From NCBI GenBank assembly GCA_964016885.1, contig OZ024741.1:53754001-53818000 (forward strand): a stretch of DNA of 64,000 nt. The letters are read 5' to 3'. A model generated the notes under the pieces. That model saw nothing but the letters and a program-made list of their open reading frames with translations. It did no database searches and had not been told where the DNA came from. The translations under genes and the position numbers were made by a program. The stretch is from Eledone cirrhosa. Taxonomy: Eukaryota. Numbering within the stretch: the first letter of the stretch is position 1; each line of letters opens with the position of its first letter. Below are positions 25,541 through 39,398 of the stretch, in pieces.

Positions 25541-27865
25541 TGGGTTGGTAACAATGGCATTAGTAGTAGTAGTATGGGTTGGTAACAATGGCATTAGTAG
25601 TAGTAGTAGTATGGGTTGCTAACAATGATATTAGTAGTAGTAGTAGTAGTATGGGTTGGTAACAATGGCATTAGTAGTAGTAGTATGGGTTGGTAACAAT
25701 GACATTAGTAGTAGTAGTGTGGGTTGGTAACAATGACATTAGTAGTAGTAGTATGGGTTGGTAACAATGACATTAGTAGTAGTAGTATGGGTTGGTAACA
25801 ATGACATTAGTAGTAGTAGTAGTATGGGTTGGTAACAATGGCATTAGTAGTAGTAGTAGTATGGGTTGCTAACAATGATATTAGTAGTAGTAGTAGTAGT
25901 ATGGGTTGGTAACAATGGCATTAGTAGTAGTAGTATGGGTTGGTAACAATGACATTAGTAGTAGTAGTGTGGGTTGGTAACAATGACATTAGTAGTAGTA
26001 GTATGGGTTGGTAACAATGACATTAGTAGTAGTAGTGTGGGTTGGTAACAATGACATTAGTAGTAGTAGTATGGGTTGGTAACAATGACATTAGTAGTAG
26101 TAGTATGGGTTGGTAACAATGGCATTAGTAGTAGTAGTATGGGTTGCTAACAATGATATTAGTAGTAGTAGTAGTAGTATGGGTTGGTAACAATGGCATT
26201 AGTAGTAGTAGTGTGGGTTGGTAACAATGATATTAGTAGTAGTAGTATGGGTTGGTAACAATGGTATTAGTAGTAGTAGTAGTAGTATGGGTTGGTAACA
26301 ATGGCATTAGTAGTAGTAGTATGGGTTGGTAACAATGGCATTAGTAGTAGTAGTAGTGTGGGTTGGTAACAATGATATTAGTAGTAGTAGTATGGGTTGG
26401 TAACAATGACAGTAGTAGTAGTAGTATGGGTTGGTAACAATGGCATTAGTAGTAGTAGTATGGGTTGGTAACAATGACAGTAGTAGTAGTAGTATGGGTT
26501 GGTAACAATGGCATTAGTAGTAGTAGTATGGGTTGGTAACAATGACATTAGTAGTAGTAGTAGTAGTATGGGTTGGTAACAATGGCATTAGTAGTAGTAG
26601 TATGGGTTGGTAACAATGGCATTAGTAGTAGTAGTATGGGTTGGTAACAATGACATTAGTAGTAGTAGTAGTATGGGTTGGTAACAATGACATTAGTAGT
26701 AGTAGTAGTATGGGTTGGTAACAATGACAGTAGTAGTAGTAGTATGAGTTGCTAACAATGGCATTAGTAGTAGTAGTATGGGTTGGTAACAATGACATTA
26801 GTAGTAGTAGTATGGGTTGGTAACAATGGCATTAGTAGTTGTAGTATGAGTTGCTAACAATGGCATTAGTAGTAGTAGTAGTATGGGTTGGTAACAATGA
26901 TATTAGTAGTAGTAGTAGTATGGGTTGGTAACAATGATATTAGCAGTAGTAGTATGGGTTGGTAACAATGGCATTAGTAGTAGTAGTATGAGTTGCTAAC
27001 AATGGCATTAGTAGTAGTAGTAGTAGTATGGGTTGGTAACAATGGCATTAGTAGTTGTAGTATGAGTTGCTAACAATGGCATTAGTAGTTGTAGTATGAG
27101 TTGCTAACAATGGCATTAGCAGTAGTAGTATGGGTTGGTAACAATGATATTAGTAGTAGTAGTAGTATGGGTTGGTAACAATGATATTAGTAGTAGTAGT
27201 AGTATGGGTTGGTAACAATGACAGTAGTAGTAGTAGTAGTATGGGTTGGTAACAATGGCATTAGTAGTAGTAGTAGTATGGGTTGGTAACAATGACATTA
27301 GCAGTAGTAGTATGGGTTGGTAACAATGGCATTAGTAGTAGTAGTAGTATGGGTTGGTAACAATGGCATTAGTAGTAGTAGTAGTATGGGTTGGTAACAA
27401 TGACATTAGTAGTAGTAGTAGTATGGGTTGGTAACAATGACAGTAGTAGTAGTAGTATGAGTTGCTAACAATGGCATTAGTAGTTGTAGTATGAGTTGCT
27501 AACAATGGCATTAGTAGTTGTAGTATGAGTTGCTAACAATGGCATTAGTAGTAGTAGTATGGGTTGGTAACAATGACATTAGCAGTAGTAGTATGGGTTG
27601 GTAACAATGATATTAGTAGTAGTAGTAGTATGGGTTGGTAACAATGATATTAGTCGTGGTAGTATGTGTTGGTAACAATGGCATTAGTAGTAGTAGTATG
27701 GGTTGGTAACAATGGCATTAGTAGTAGTAGTATGGGTTGGTAACAATGGCATTAGTAGTAGTAGTAGTATGGGTTGGTAACAATGACATTAGCAGTAGTA
27801 GTATGTGTTGGTAACAATGACGTTAGTAGTAGTATGGGTTGGTAACAATGACATTAGTAGTAGTG
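24280..27865. repeat. Minisatellite, roughly 100 units of TATGGGTTGGTAACAATG(A/G)CAT(TAG)n, modal 34 bp
   Basis: Constant ~22-bp core separated by variable (TAG)n tracts. Confidence 0.95.
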
Positions 27866-28177
27866 CTGGTGATCATGATGGTCGTCGTGTACATCAAGGT
27901 TGTAATGATAGACATAGAGGTATCGATGATGGTGGCTGTGTTGCGTGTTATTGTGGTGATTGTAATGGTGGTGGTGCAGACCTGTGGTGTTAATGTTGGA
28001 GGAGTGGTCGTGGGGATGCTGGTTGTCATGGAAACATATTTTTTCATAATAGTTTCCTTAATTGTTCGGGGATAATTTGATTCCCTCTAAAATCTGGAAA
28101 GACAACTACAAAAAGAAAAGCCACAGGTATAACACCATTGATAAAATACTACTAATACCATTACCACCACCACCACC

Positions 28178-28235
<58 letters not shown>

Positions 28236-28261
28236 ATAACAATAACAATAATAATAATAAT

Positions 28262-28408
28262 AATTGTTTCTAATTTTGGCACAAGGCCAGCAATTAACCA
28301 GTGCATTACTGGTACTTTATTTTATCGACCCCGTAAGGATGAAAGGCAAAGTTAACCTCGGCGGGATTTGAACTCAGACTGTAAAGGGACGTAACTAAGC
28401 TAGAAAGC

Positions 28409-28445
<37 letters not shown>

Positions 28446-28452
28446 GAAATAA

Positions 28453-28491
<39 letters not shown>

Positions 28492-28540
28492 CAGTAGTAG
28501 TAGTAGTAGTAGTAGTAGCAGTAGCAGTAGTAGTAGTAGT

Positions 28541-28606
<66 letters not shown>

Positions 28607-29530
28607 TTGGAAATTTAATGACAATGGGGAATAATGATAGGTATGAGAGAGTACGCATCTGTGATAGAGATTCGCATATAACTGTCAAAAATGTGATAGT
28701 GATGATGATGATAATGTTGATGATGATAATAATGATGAGGATAATGACCTCAACGACGAGAGAAGCAACAACAATAACAACAACAACAATAATAATAATG
28801 GCTTCTACTATAGGCAGGAAGCCAGCAAATTTTGGGCGTGGTGGAAATCGATTAAATGGATCCCAGTGCATTACTGGTACTTTATTTTATCGACCCTGTA
28901 AAGATGAAATGCAAAGCTAACCTCGGCGGGATTTGAACTCAGAACACAAAGGTACGTAACTCTATGATACAAAGCATGTTGTCCGGTGCTCTACCGATAT
29001 TGCCAACCCACCGCCAATAGTAACAATAATAATTGTTGCTACTTTTGCCACAAGGCCAGCAATTACTCCAGTGTATTACTGGTACTTTATTTTAACGACC
29101 CCGTAAGAATGTAAAGGCAAAGTTAACCTCGATGGGAATTGAACTCAGATCGTAAAGGCTCGTAACTCCATGCTGCAAAGCATGGCGTCCAACCCTCCAC
29201 CGATGCTGCCAAAAATAATAATTGTTTCTACTTTTTGGCACAAGGCCAGCAATTACCCAGTGCATTACTGGTACTTTATTTTATCGACCCCGTAAGGATG
29301 AAAGGCAAAGTCAACCTACGGCGGGATTTGAACTCAGATCGTAAAGGGACGTAACTATGCTGCAAAGCATGGCGTCCGACCCCCTACCGATACTGCCAAT
29401 CCACCGCCTCTTTCAAAAATAATAATTGTTTCTACTTTAGGCACAAGGCCAGCAATTACCCAGTGCATTAGAGGTACTTTATTTTATCGACCCCATAAGG
29501 ATGAAAGGCAAAGTTAACCTCGGCGGTATT
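28262..29530 (-). mobile_element. Cluster of five same-orientation MetaSINE-like copies (~28262-28397, 28800-29016, 29030-29212, 29221-29409, 29426-29530)
   Basis: Full copy 29221-29409 (minus): GGCGG head, A box TGGCAGTATCGG, B box GAGTTCAAATCC, core GCCTTTCATCCTTACGGGGTCGATAAAATAAAGTACCAG, (ATT)n tail. Confidence 0.85.
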
Positions 29531-30914
29531 TCTGTCAAAAATAATAATGATTTCTTATATGTGCCTTACGGGCACGAGATGCAGGAAACAATACAAAGAC
29601 AGGTTTCAACATTAAGGTGGGGCTTACATAGAAATGAGAGCACATACACAAGCAAATTAGTCTCATGAGACGTACTATTTTCTCAGAGAATGCCAGAGCG
29701 ACCAAGTAATTTTCGTCACATATACTCTCAATGGCCAGCTACAAAGAAAGCATCTCCTGATGGAAGTATTTGTCCTAGCATGAGATAATCTACCTCTAAA
29801 TAAAATGGAAAAATTGTGCCAATATATAATTCCAGAAGTAGACATCTGAAAGACAGAATACGAGGACTTAAGATAAAAAAAAAAAATGATTATAATAATA
29901 AATGACTCGAGAATAAATAGAAATATGCAGACAGATAAATAACCAAAGTCCCAGAACTGACAAACATTCAGAAACTTCAGACATTAACACTGCCCGATAC
30001 TGATCACGTGAAATTTTGTACACTCAACTAGGTTTAAATGCATTACAAAAATGAAACGTTATACATGCTCAAATTACACAGAGTAACGCTCGATTGTAAA
30101 GAAAACCAACAAATTAAAATTAAGCAAAATGAAAGAAAAGCAATGTTATAATCATTAAAAACGCATAAATTGGTATAATGAAAATTGGAATAATGAATTT
30201 ATCTAACATTGCAAATACTGAAAAAAAAAAAAAAAAAAATCTTGTCCATGAGTGTCATAAAAAGGTCAAGAATAATATCACAGATGTTAATTTAATAAAG
30301 TTATATTAATGTTAAATACTTAACTATAAATTATTAGAAAAATAACGATAATAATCATAATAATCTTCTTGCTAATAGCATAAAACGGTATAGTTAATGG
30401 AAGACTAGGTTTAACGACCACACCCAATAATGTTGTATAACATTTACTGCTAGGGATACAACTAGCAGCAGCAGGACGAGGAGGAGGAGGGGGAATAGGA
30501 GGAGGAGGGGAGGGAATAGGAGGAGAAGAAGAAGAAGAAGAAGAAGAAGAAGGAGAAGAAGATACAAAACCAACAGCACATATATCAAACGAATGTCCCT
30601 CATAACACGAAGTGAGGACATTGTGAAAGAGAGGGAGACATTCTGCTCTAACACATTTAAAGCGCCTTAAATGATAACTGTTTCTACTTTGGGCACAAGG
30701 CCAGCAATTATCCCAGTGTATTAAATGATAACAATATTGAGATAGCTACTAGGTGTTTACAAACGTTGGACTCCTTAATATAAAAGTCATGAGTAGGCAT
30801 TTAAAGCGGTTCCCAAAGGAGACCCCCACCAGATACGGAGGTCAAACCACGCTATCTCCAACAACAAGCGTAAGAAGCACCGTCACTTTTTTTTCTTTTA
30901 ACTAATCAACCAAC

Positions 30915-31520
30915 ATGACAATTGTAAGAGTAGGGTGTGTAAATGTACCTGACCGGGGGTGGTCATGAAAGCAAGGTCGATTGCTCAAGTCGAACAGAAC
31001 AGTAGTTATGGGTGTGACAGCCGTTGGCAAGATCAGGATTTTTGACGTGATCCCTCTAACTTCCATTTTTTCCCACTTTGAGATCTACACATCTTTTAAT
31101 CAGCCTGGTATGTAAGAAGTTGGCAGTATTGTTTAGGAAAGGCCTGGATCTGGAGGAACGGTCGATCCTCCTGGACCCGGACGGTAAGTTGCTGATCTTG
31201 GACGGGAGCAATAGTGAAGGTGGTGCTTTCGGACTGGTGGCCGCCTACGTCCTGGTGGCCGCCTACGTCCTGACAGTCCAATTTGTTCAGATTTCTGGAA
31301 GCTTTTCTAGGACGTTTCGCCTTTTACTGTTAGCGGGGTACTAGAACGGCATGTTTGACGTATGCTTGGAATTTGTAGAAGTAGCAGTTAGAAGCAGTAA
31401 TTGCAAAGGCCTCATGTACATGATCAGCTAGTTCCAACTGTCTGAGAGCTACCTACTAGATTTTCTGAATGTGCCTGTGTAGACATGGAGCAATCGCATA
31501 GAATCACCTAGGTCGTATTT
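30915..31520 (+). mobile_element. Degenerate Tx1/L1-like LINE APE endonuclease fragment
   Basis: MTIVRVGCVNV..., LAVLFRKGLD...DPDGKLLILD...LVAAY, ...LLLAGY; frameshifted, with an 18-bp internal duplication. Confidence 0.6.
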
Positions 31521-33199
31521 TGTATTTTGATAGGTTTCCAAAATTTCAAACGGTTTGCCTATTGAGACCACAAATTCGACGATTTGCATGGAAGACTTAG
31601 ATATAACTGGTAGACAGGGAGTAGTATTGCAACCGACGTGCTAGACCATTTCTTCAACGCGAAACGTGAAGGTTGCATTGTTACAGCTAAGGCGCCTGAC
31701 CACCGTACCTTGCTCACGTCCGCGCCTCCCAAATTAACTTCTAGTCTAGGACTGAGGGTTAGAGGAATTGTGAGATCATGGGACGAGATCCCTAGCGGCA
31801 TTTTCCTGTCTCTTTTTATTCTGAATCATTTACTCGGTTTAAGATTCTATCATACCCATGGGTACCTTTAGCGAAGTTAAAACCTTTCCAGTTGAAAAGC
31901 TTGATTCAAGTAAAACTTTAAAAGTCATGGAGAGGTAGAAATAGATGGTAATGTATACTCTCTTCCCCACCCTAAGTATGCTGTGAAACATCATATTCTA
32001 GCTACCCAGTTATTAAAGATAATAATTTTGGCGTACATTCTCCTTGTACAGTTTTCTTTGTATCTATACTTCCCTGGTATTTTATTTTCGACCATGTATT
32101 AAAGTCATAAATTTCTAGCCTCAACTCCTTTTTCGAATAATTTTCTTGTCGCAAAAAAAAAAGATAACATTCAAAGCAGGTTTTATTTTTCTGATATTTT
32201 TTCCTCAACTTAAATATTTAATGATAATGTCGGACGTTTTCATTTAAAGACTCTATCAGCTTTTACGGTCATATCTCAAGTCTGACGAGGCCTACGTGGG
32301 CACAGTTCGTTCGATGTTTTAATATCATGTGTTCTATTAGTATGCTGATTTGGTACGGACCGGGTGGAATCTTTGCTGATGCAACTCATAGTTATTAGAA
32401 TTATTACCATTATTATTCATAGTAATACTGTTGATAATATTGATGTCATTGCTGTTGTTTAGCCTGTTGTTGTTGTTTAGATAATTGCCATTGCAGCTAG
32501 CACTGTGATTGATGTTTCTAGAAGTGTGTGTTTGTGCTTTAACGTCCCTCATATTTTTTGTTTTAATACTTTTACTTCTTTTTCTACGTCGTCGTCCGCG
32601 TCGTCGTCTTCTTCTTCTTCTTCTTCTTCTTCTTCTTCTTCTTCTTCTTCTTCTTCTTCTTCTTCTTCTTCTTTTATTCTTCTTCTTTTTCTTCTTGTTC
32701 TTGTTCTTGTTCTTGTTCTTTTTCTTTTTTTCTTTCTTTTCTTCTTCTTTTCTTCTTCTTCTTCTTCTTATCTTTCTTTCATTCTTCTTTTATTCTTCTT
32801 TTTCTTCTTGTTCTTCTTGTTCTTCTTGTTCTTCTTTTTCTTTTTTCTGTCTTTCTTCTTCTTCTTCTTCTTCTTCTTCTTCTTCTTCTTCTTCTTCTTC
32901 TTCTTTCCATCCGTCCCACCCCTTCTCCACCGCTAACTACTACACCCCGCCCTGCTGTCATTCTCGCTAGGTTCAGTCATAGATTCTAACCAATTGCGGT
33001 ACTACGGTATTAAATCGCCAATTTATATTCAAATGCTTTCCATGACGATGATGATATTGTCATCGTTACTCTTGTTGTCGTTGTTCTTATTGTTGCTGTA
33101 TTCATTCTCATTGTTATTGTTGTTGTTGTTGAGTTGTTGTTGTTGTTGTTGTTGTTGTTGCTGGTCTATTTATTGTGTTTGTTTTTTTCCTTGGCGCTG

Positions 33200-34272
33200 A
33201 TTTGAGTGCCTATGTGTGTCTGTGTGTGGCTGTGTGGCTGTGTGTGTCTGTGTGTGGCTGTGTGTGGCTGTGTGCGTCTGTGTGTGTCGGTGTTGTGCCT
33301 GTGTGTGTCTGTGTATGTATATGTGTGTCTGTGAGTGCCTATGTGTGTCTGTGTGTGCCTATGTGTGTTTGTGTGTGCCTGTGTGTGTCTGTGTGTGTCT
33401 GTGTGTGCTTATGTGTGTCTGTATGTGCCCGTGTGTGTCTGTGTGCATGTGTGTGCATGTGTGTGTCTGTGTGTGCCCGTATGTGCCTGTATGTGCCTGT
33501 GTGTGCCCATGTGTGTCTGTGTGTGCCTCTATGTGTCTGTGAGTGCCTGTGTGTGTCTGTGTGCGCCCGTGTGTGTCTGTGTGTGGCTGCGTGTGTCTGT
33601 CTGTGTCTGTGTGTGCCTATGTGTGCCAGTGTGTGTTTCTGTGTGTCTGTGTGCCCGTGTGTGTATGTGTGTGCCTGTCTGTGTCTGTCTGTGTCTGTGT
33701 GTGCCTATGTGTGTATGTGTGTGCCGTGTGTGTCTGTGTGTGGCTGCGTGTGTCTGTCTGTGTCTGTGTGTGCCTATGTGTGCCCATGCGTGTCTCTGTG
33801 TGCCTGTGTGTGCCCGTGTGTGTATGTGTGTGCCTGTCTGTGTCTGTCTGTGTCTGTGTGTGCCTATGTGTGTATGAGTGTGCCGTGTGTGTCTGTGTGT
33901 GTCTGTGTGTGTCTGTGTGTGTGTGTGTGTGTGCCTGTGTGTGTCTGTTTGTGCCTGTGTGTGTCGGTGTTTTGTCTGTGTGTGTCTGTGTGTGCGTGTG
34001 TGTGCCTATGTGTGTCTGTGTGTGCGTGTGTGTGCCTGTGTGTGCCTGTGTACCATTGTATGCCTATGTGTGCCTGTGTGTGTCTGTGTGTGTATGTGTA
34101 CATGTTTGTGTGTGTACCTGTGTGTGTGTGTGTACATGTGTGTGTGTCTGTGTGTCTGTGTGTGTGTCTGTGTGTGTCTGGGTGTGTCTGTGTGTGTCTG
34201 TGTACCTGTGTGTGTCTGTGTGTGTGTGTACCTGTGTGTGTACCTGTGTGTATGTGTACAGGTGTGTGTGTC
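33200..34272. repeat. Degenerate GT-rich (TGTGTC/TGTGCC) repeat with internal higher-order duplications
   Basis: Direct reading; source of the spurious Cys/Val ORFs. Confidence 0.9.
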
Positions 34273-34324
34273 TGTATCATCGGATCCTAGTTGTCACTAT
34301 CACAACCTTTATTTTCTTATTTGT

Positions 34325-34340
34325 ATACTGTTGCTATTGC

Positions 34341-34374
<34 letters not shown>

Positions 34375-34600
34375 GCTACTGTTGCTATTGCTGCTGTTGT
34401 TGTTGTTGTTGTTGCTGCTACTGTTGCTATTGCTGCTGTTGTTGTTGTTGTTGTTGTTGTTGCTGCTACTGTTGCTATTGGTGCTGTTGTTGTTGTTGTT
34501 TTTGTTGTTGCTGCTACTGTTGCTATTGCTGCTATTATTGTTGTTGTTGTTGTTTTTGTTGTTGCTGCTACTGTTGCTATTGCTGCTGTTGTCCATATCA
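34325..34600. repeat. Short minisatellite GCTACTGTTGCTATTGCT(GTT)n
   Basis: About six core copies with variable (GTT)n spacers. Confidence 0.85.
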
Positions 34601-34780
34601 CCGTTGTTGTTGTTATTGTTGATGTTGTTGTTATTGTTATTGCATTGGAGACATTGTTGTTGTTTCTGCGGAAGTTGTTGTTGGTGTTGTTGTTGTTGCT
34701 GTTGGTTTTGTTGTGTTGTTGTGTTATTGATGGTCTTGTCGTTGTGATATTGATGTTGATGTCGTTGTTGTTGTTGTGTG

Positions 34781-34814
<34 letters not shown>

Positions 34815-34904
34815 TGGGAGTTGTTGCTTTCTTGCTCTATTCATTGTTGTTTTAATACTATTTTCTCTTTTGTGTTGTTCACCAAACTTCCTTCTACTGT
34901 TGTT

Positions 34905-35575
34905 ATGTGGCCGCAGCCTGCCTGGTTATGAGGCCCGCCATCGTAATCATTAGCTCACAGGTTCGATTTCTCTGTTTTGCATCTAGCGGAACTGATATAT
35001 TGGGTGAACCAAAACAGCTTTGGAGCCCGTCACATAGTCTGTACCTGTAATTACCTGTAATTCAAAAGGCCAGTCCAGTCACACAATATGTTAGGCAGAA
35101 TCTCTCTGAGAATTAAGTTAAGGGTATAAATTGCTGTGGAATACTCAGCCACTTACAATATAATGGTTGCTGATTTAGGCACAAAGCTAACAATTTTCAG
35201 GGAAGGGGAAAGTCGATTAAATCGACCCCAGTGCATTACTGGGGCTTTATTTATCGACCCCGTAAAGATGAATAACAAAGCTAACTTCGGGGTGGTTGAG
35301 TTCAGAACGTAAAGGAACGTAACTCTATGCTGCAAAGCTTGGTGCCTGACACTCTACCAAAACTGCTAATCCATACACTATAATACAAGATGAGCTGTAC
35401 CTGTAATTCAAAGAGCCGCCCATGTCACGCACATTGTCATGCTGACATTCCCCGTGAATTAGGATGAAGGTACACGTGTCTGTAGAACTGTTAGCAATGT
35501 ACACGTTAGTTTTATGAGTGGGCTGTTCCCTTGATCGAAAAGCTGCAACAGTCATCATCGAAAGTGACGGAGGTC
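34905..35575 (+). mobile_element. Second SINE family (tRNA-like head at ~34905-34970), two partial bodies separated by an antisense MetaSINE-like copy (35165-35372)
   Basis: GGTTCGATT B box; the body CCTGTAATTCAAA...CTGTGGAATACTCAGCCAC recurs at 35395-35570 and ~41490-41650. Confidence 0.55.
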
Positions 35576-37802
35576 CAACTCTGATATATGTTGGCCTCAT
35601 TGTCATCTTCATGAGTACTTGTTTCCGTTCTTTTATTCTCATCTATTTTTTTGCATAAAAAGGAAAAAAAAATCACAATTTTGTCCAACTTATTTTTGTT
35701 GTTATGTATTGTTATGGTTTGTGTTGTTGTGTAGGTGGTGTTGTTTGACCTGAAGATTATGCTGGTGGTGGTGGTGGTTGTAGTGATGGTGGTGGCAGTA
35801 ATGGGGGTGCTCGAGGTTTCGGTGGAGGTGGTTGTAGTGTTGGTGGTAATGGTTGGGGCTGTAGAGGAGTGGCGTTTTGGGTGGTTGTGGTAGTGGGGGT
35901 GCTGCTGTTGTGTAACCCGAGATTACTTATGACTGAGCAGAAATATGATAAAAGCTGGTCCACCCATGGCCATCCCACCTCGTATATTTAATGGTACGTT
36001 ATCCGATGTCATCTTGCTTAAATGGATTGGGATTTAAGGGATATTTGGCTCTTGTTTCTAGCAGGCATAGCTACCACGTACTGGGACCTTGGTTACGGTA
36101 GTTGGTACCATTGTTGTTGTTAGTAGTGGTGGAGGTGGTGTGCTGCTCCTGCTGCTGCTACTGGTGAGACGATGGTGGTAATGGGATGAAGGTAGTGGTG
36201 TTGGTGTTGATGGTGGCGATGTTTTTGGTGAGGTAAGAGGTAGTGATGTTCTTGTCGATGATGATGATACTATGATGGAGATGGTAGTGGGTGTTGTTCT
36301 GTTGGTGGTGGTGGTTGTGGTCTTTGTGGTGGTGGTGGCGTTGGTGATGGTGGTGGTGGTAATGGTTGTATTGTAACAATGGTGGTTGATGTTTGTGGTG
36401 GTGGTGGTGGTGGTGGTGTTGGTGGTGACTGTGGCGGTGGTGGCGGTGGTTGCGGTGGTTGCGGTGGTTGCGGTCACCATTCTTGCAGTAATCATCGTGG
36501 TGATTATCTTTCTCCTATTATTATTGCTATCATTTCTATTGTTGATGACACCGCTGTTGCTTTTGCAATTGTTGTCGTTGTTGTTGTCACTGTTGATGTC
36601 GTTATTAATGTTGTTATCATTGTTGTTGTACTTGTTGTTGGTGTCATCATTGTTGTTGTAATTGTTGTTGTTTTAGTTGCGGTTGTTTTATTCTCATTTA
36701 TTTCAAATGTCTACATTAGCAATTCAACGGAATTAGAACGATCTTCTATCCTATAAGGGTTGGTTTCTTTACATTTGTTCTTTCTATAGTGCGCCATGTT
36801 GGACTTTCTGGCTTTTGTTGTTGTCATTCAGGCTATTCTTGTTGTTCTTCTTCTTGATGGCTTCTATTTTGTTCTTTGTACGGTGCACCGTGTTGGAGTT
36901 TGTTTGCTGATGTTGTTATTGATGCTGTTGTTGTTGTTGCTGTTTGCTTTTTTTTGTTTTGTTTGTGTTTGTTTTTTTTTCGTTTCTGTTAATGCTACCG
37001 TCCATGCTGTTGTTGTTGTTATTGTTGTTGCTGCTGCTGTTATGGTTGATGGCTTGTGTTTTGTTCCTTGTATAGTTCGCCATGTTGGATTGTCTTCGTC
37101 GCTTTTGTTGTGATTGATATTGTTGATGTTGCTGTTGCTGTTGTTGCTTATCTTTTTCTTGTTGTTGTGGTTGTTGTGGTTTCAGTTGTTGCTCTTGTTG
37201 TTGTTGTTGTTGATATTGCTGGTGTTGTTGTTGTTGTTGTTGTTCTTGTTGTTGTTGTTTTTGATGGTATAGCTGCTTTTTTTGTTGTTGTTGCTGTATT
37301 TGTTGCCGTCCATGCTATTCCTATTGATGCTGTTGCTGTTGTGGTTGTTGACGTTGATGGCTTATATTTTATTCTTTTTTTACAATGAACTATATTATGC
37401 TTAGTTTGTTTGCTACTTTCGCGTTAGTTGATGTAGTACGAGTAACAACAACAGCAGTAGTTGTTGTAGTTGTTGTTGTTGTTGCTACTATTAATGTTGT
37501 TTTTGTCAATGTTGTTGGCTTTATCGCTATTGTTTTGTATTGTGTGTACATTAGTTCTTGTTTCCTTTTTGGTTTCTTTTATTTTGGTTACATTTTCTCG
37601 TGTGTTTGTCTTCTTAATTTTCCTTTTATTTTCCCTCTTTCTGCTTTATTCTCGGAATTCGAAGAATTAATGCAACAACTAATTTATTCCCCTTCCCCAC
37701 GCATACACTCTCACACTCTTTCACTCATCGTCTCTCTCTCTGTTTTTCTCTCTTCAATCTCTCACTATCTCTCTGCTTCCCTATTTCCAGTCCCTCTCTT
37801 AG

Positions 37803-37892
<90 letters not shown>

Positions 37893-38200
37893 GCTTTCCT
37901 CTTTACATACTATTTCTCCTTTTCCGATAGACTCCTTTCATCCCCCCCCTCTCTCCTTATCTCATCCCCATCGCTATGTCTGTATCACTGTCTGTATCTC
38001 TCTCTCCCCCCCTCTCTCTCTCTCTCTCTCTCACTCTCTCTCTCACTCTCTCTCTCTCTCTCACTCTCTCTCTTTCTCTCTTTGCTTTCCTCTTTACATA
38101 CTATTTCTCCTTTTCCGATAGACTCCTTTCATCCCCCCTCTCTCCCTATCTATTTCACTCTCCCCATATCGATCTATCTATCAATTTCTCTCTCTCTCTC

Positions 38201-38319
<119 letters not shown>

Positions 38320-38341
38320 CTCTCTCTATATACATATACAT

Positions 38342-38373
<32 letters not shown>

Positions 38374-38649
38374 GTGTATGTATAGCAAGCTAACTATTTT
38401 TCTCATTCCTAACACATTATCATCTATTTCCCTTCATTATTTCTACTGTGTATATGATTTAGTATATTTTTTTATTCCTTCTTTCATTCTTCCTATCATC
38501 CTCTCCTCCTCCATCGCTCTCTCTATCTCTCTTTCTAACACTCTTTTCCTTTCCCTTTTACACAACTCTCAACAATGTCTTTTAAATCGCCACCTCCACA
38601 CAACATATACTTATAATTATCAATCTCATTTCTGTTCTCTCTCTCTCTC

Positions 38650-38774
<125 letters not shown>

Positions 38775-38845
38775 GCAACACATACACAGACGCACACACA
38801 CACAAACACACACATACACACATAAACACACATACATAAATATAC

Positions 38846-38880
<35 letters not shown>

Positions 38881-38912
38881 GGTTATTTCATATAGAAACA
38901 GGTAAGCAGTAT

Positions 38913-38959
38913 ACTGTACTGATGAAGGGTACTCACCCAGAAACATTAGTGCCTGCAGT
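38913..38959 (+). ncRNA. Type I hammerhead ribozyme with mutated cleavage triplet
   Basis: ACUGUA-CUGAUGA-A.GGGU.ACUC.ACCC.A-GAAA-CAUUAGUG-CC-UGCAGU. Confidence 0.7.
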
Positions 38960-39351
38960 TCTGTTTACATACTAATAGAAGAACGAGAATGTCGAGGTCA
39001 TTCTACTGACATCCCTTTAAAAGAGGCTGTTTGCATAATTGCAAACTAATCGAATATTATTAACAATATTCGAAACTTTCTGATTACGTTTATTGTATTC
39101 AGCCATGTAGAGCCATAAACTATTTGTTGGTTATCTGACTATGGCAAAGCCGGCCAGTAATCGCTCGTACACATGAGAGTGACTGGCTTATCTGCCTGCG
39201 GATATGCAAATCTGTCTGAAGAGTGGGTCCGCTAATATGTAGATCTGACTGATCAGGCAGACTGCTAATATGCAACTCAAGCTGATCAGTCACTGTACAT
39301 TTCAGAAAATATCATATATTATATATCAGACAGTAGGCGGGTAAGCAGTAT

Positions 39352-39398
39352 ACTGCACTGATGAAGGGTTATCACCCAGAAACATTAGTGTCTTCAGT
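39352..39398 (+). ncRNA. Type I hammerhead ribozyme (GUC site intact, one stem I mismatch)
   Basis: ACUGCA-CUGAUGA-A.GGGU.UAUC.ACCC.A-GAAA-CAUUAGUG-UC-UUCAGU. Confidence 0.75.

Noticed and set aside
24280-27865. CRISPR-like repeat/spacer appearance
   Set aside because: Spacers are only (TAG)n, there are no cas genes, and the context is eukaryotic.
32278-32312. CUGACGA followed by hairpin GGCCUACGUGGGC
   Set aside because: No GAAA and no stem I partner.
33175-34850. Long Cys/Val/Leu-rich ORFs (up to 371 aa)
   Set aside because: Translations of GT- and GTT-rich simple repeats, open in several frames, with no domain signal.
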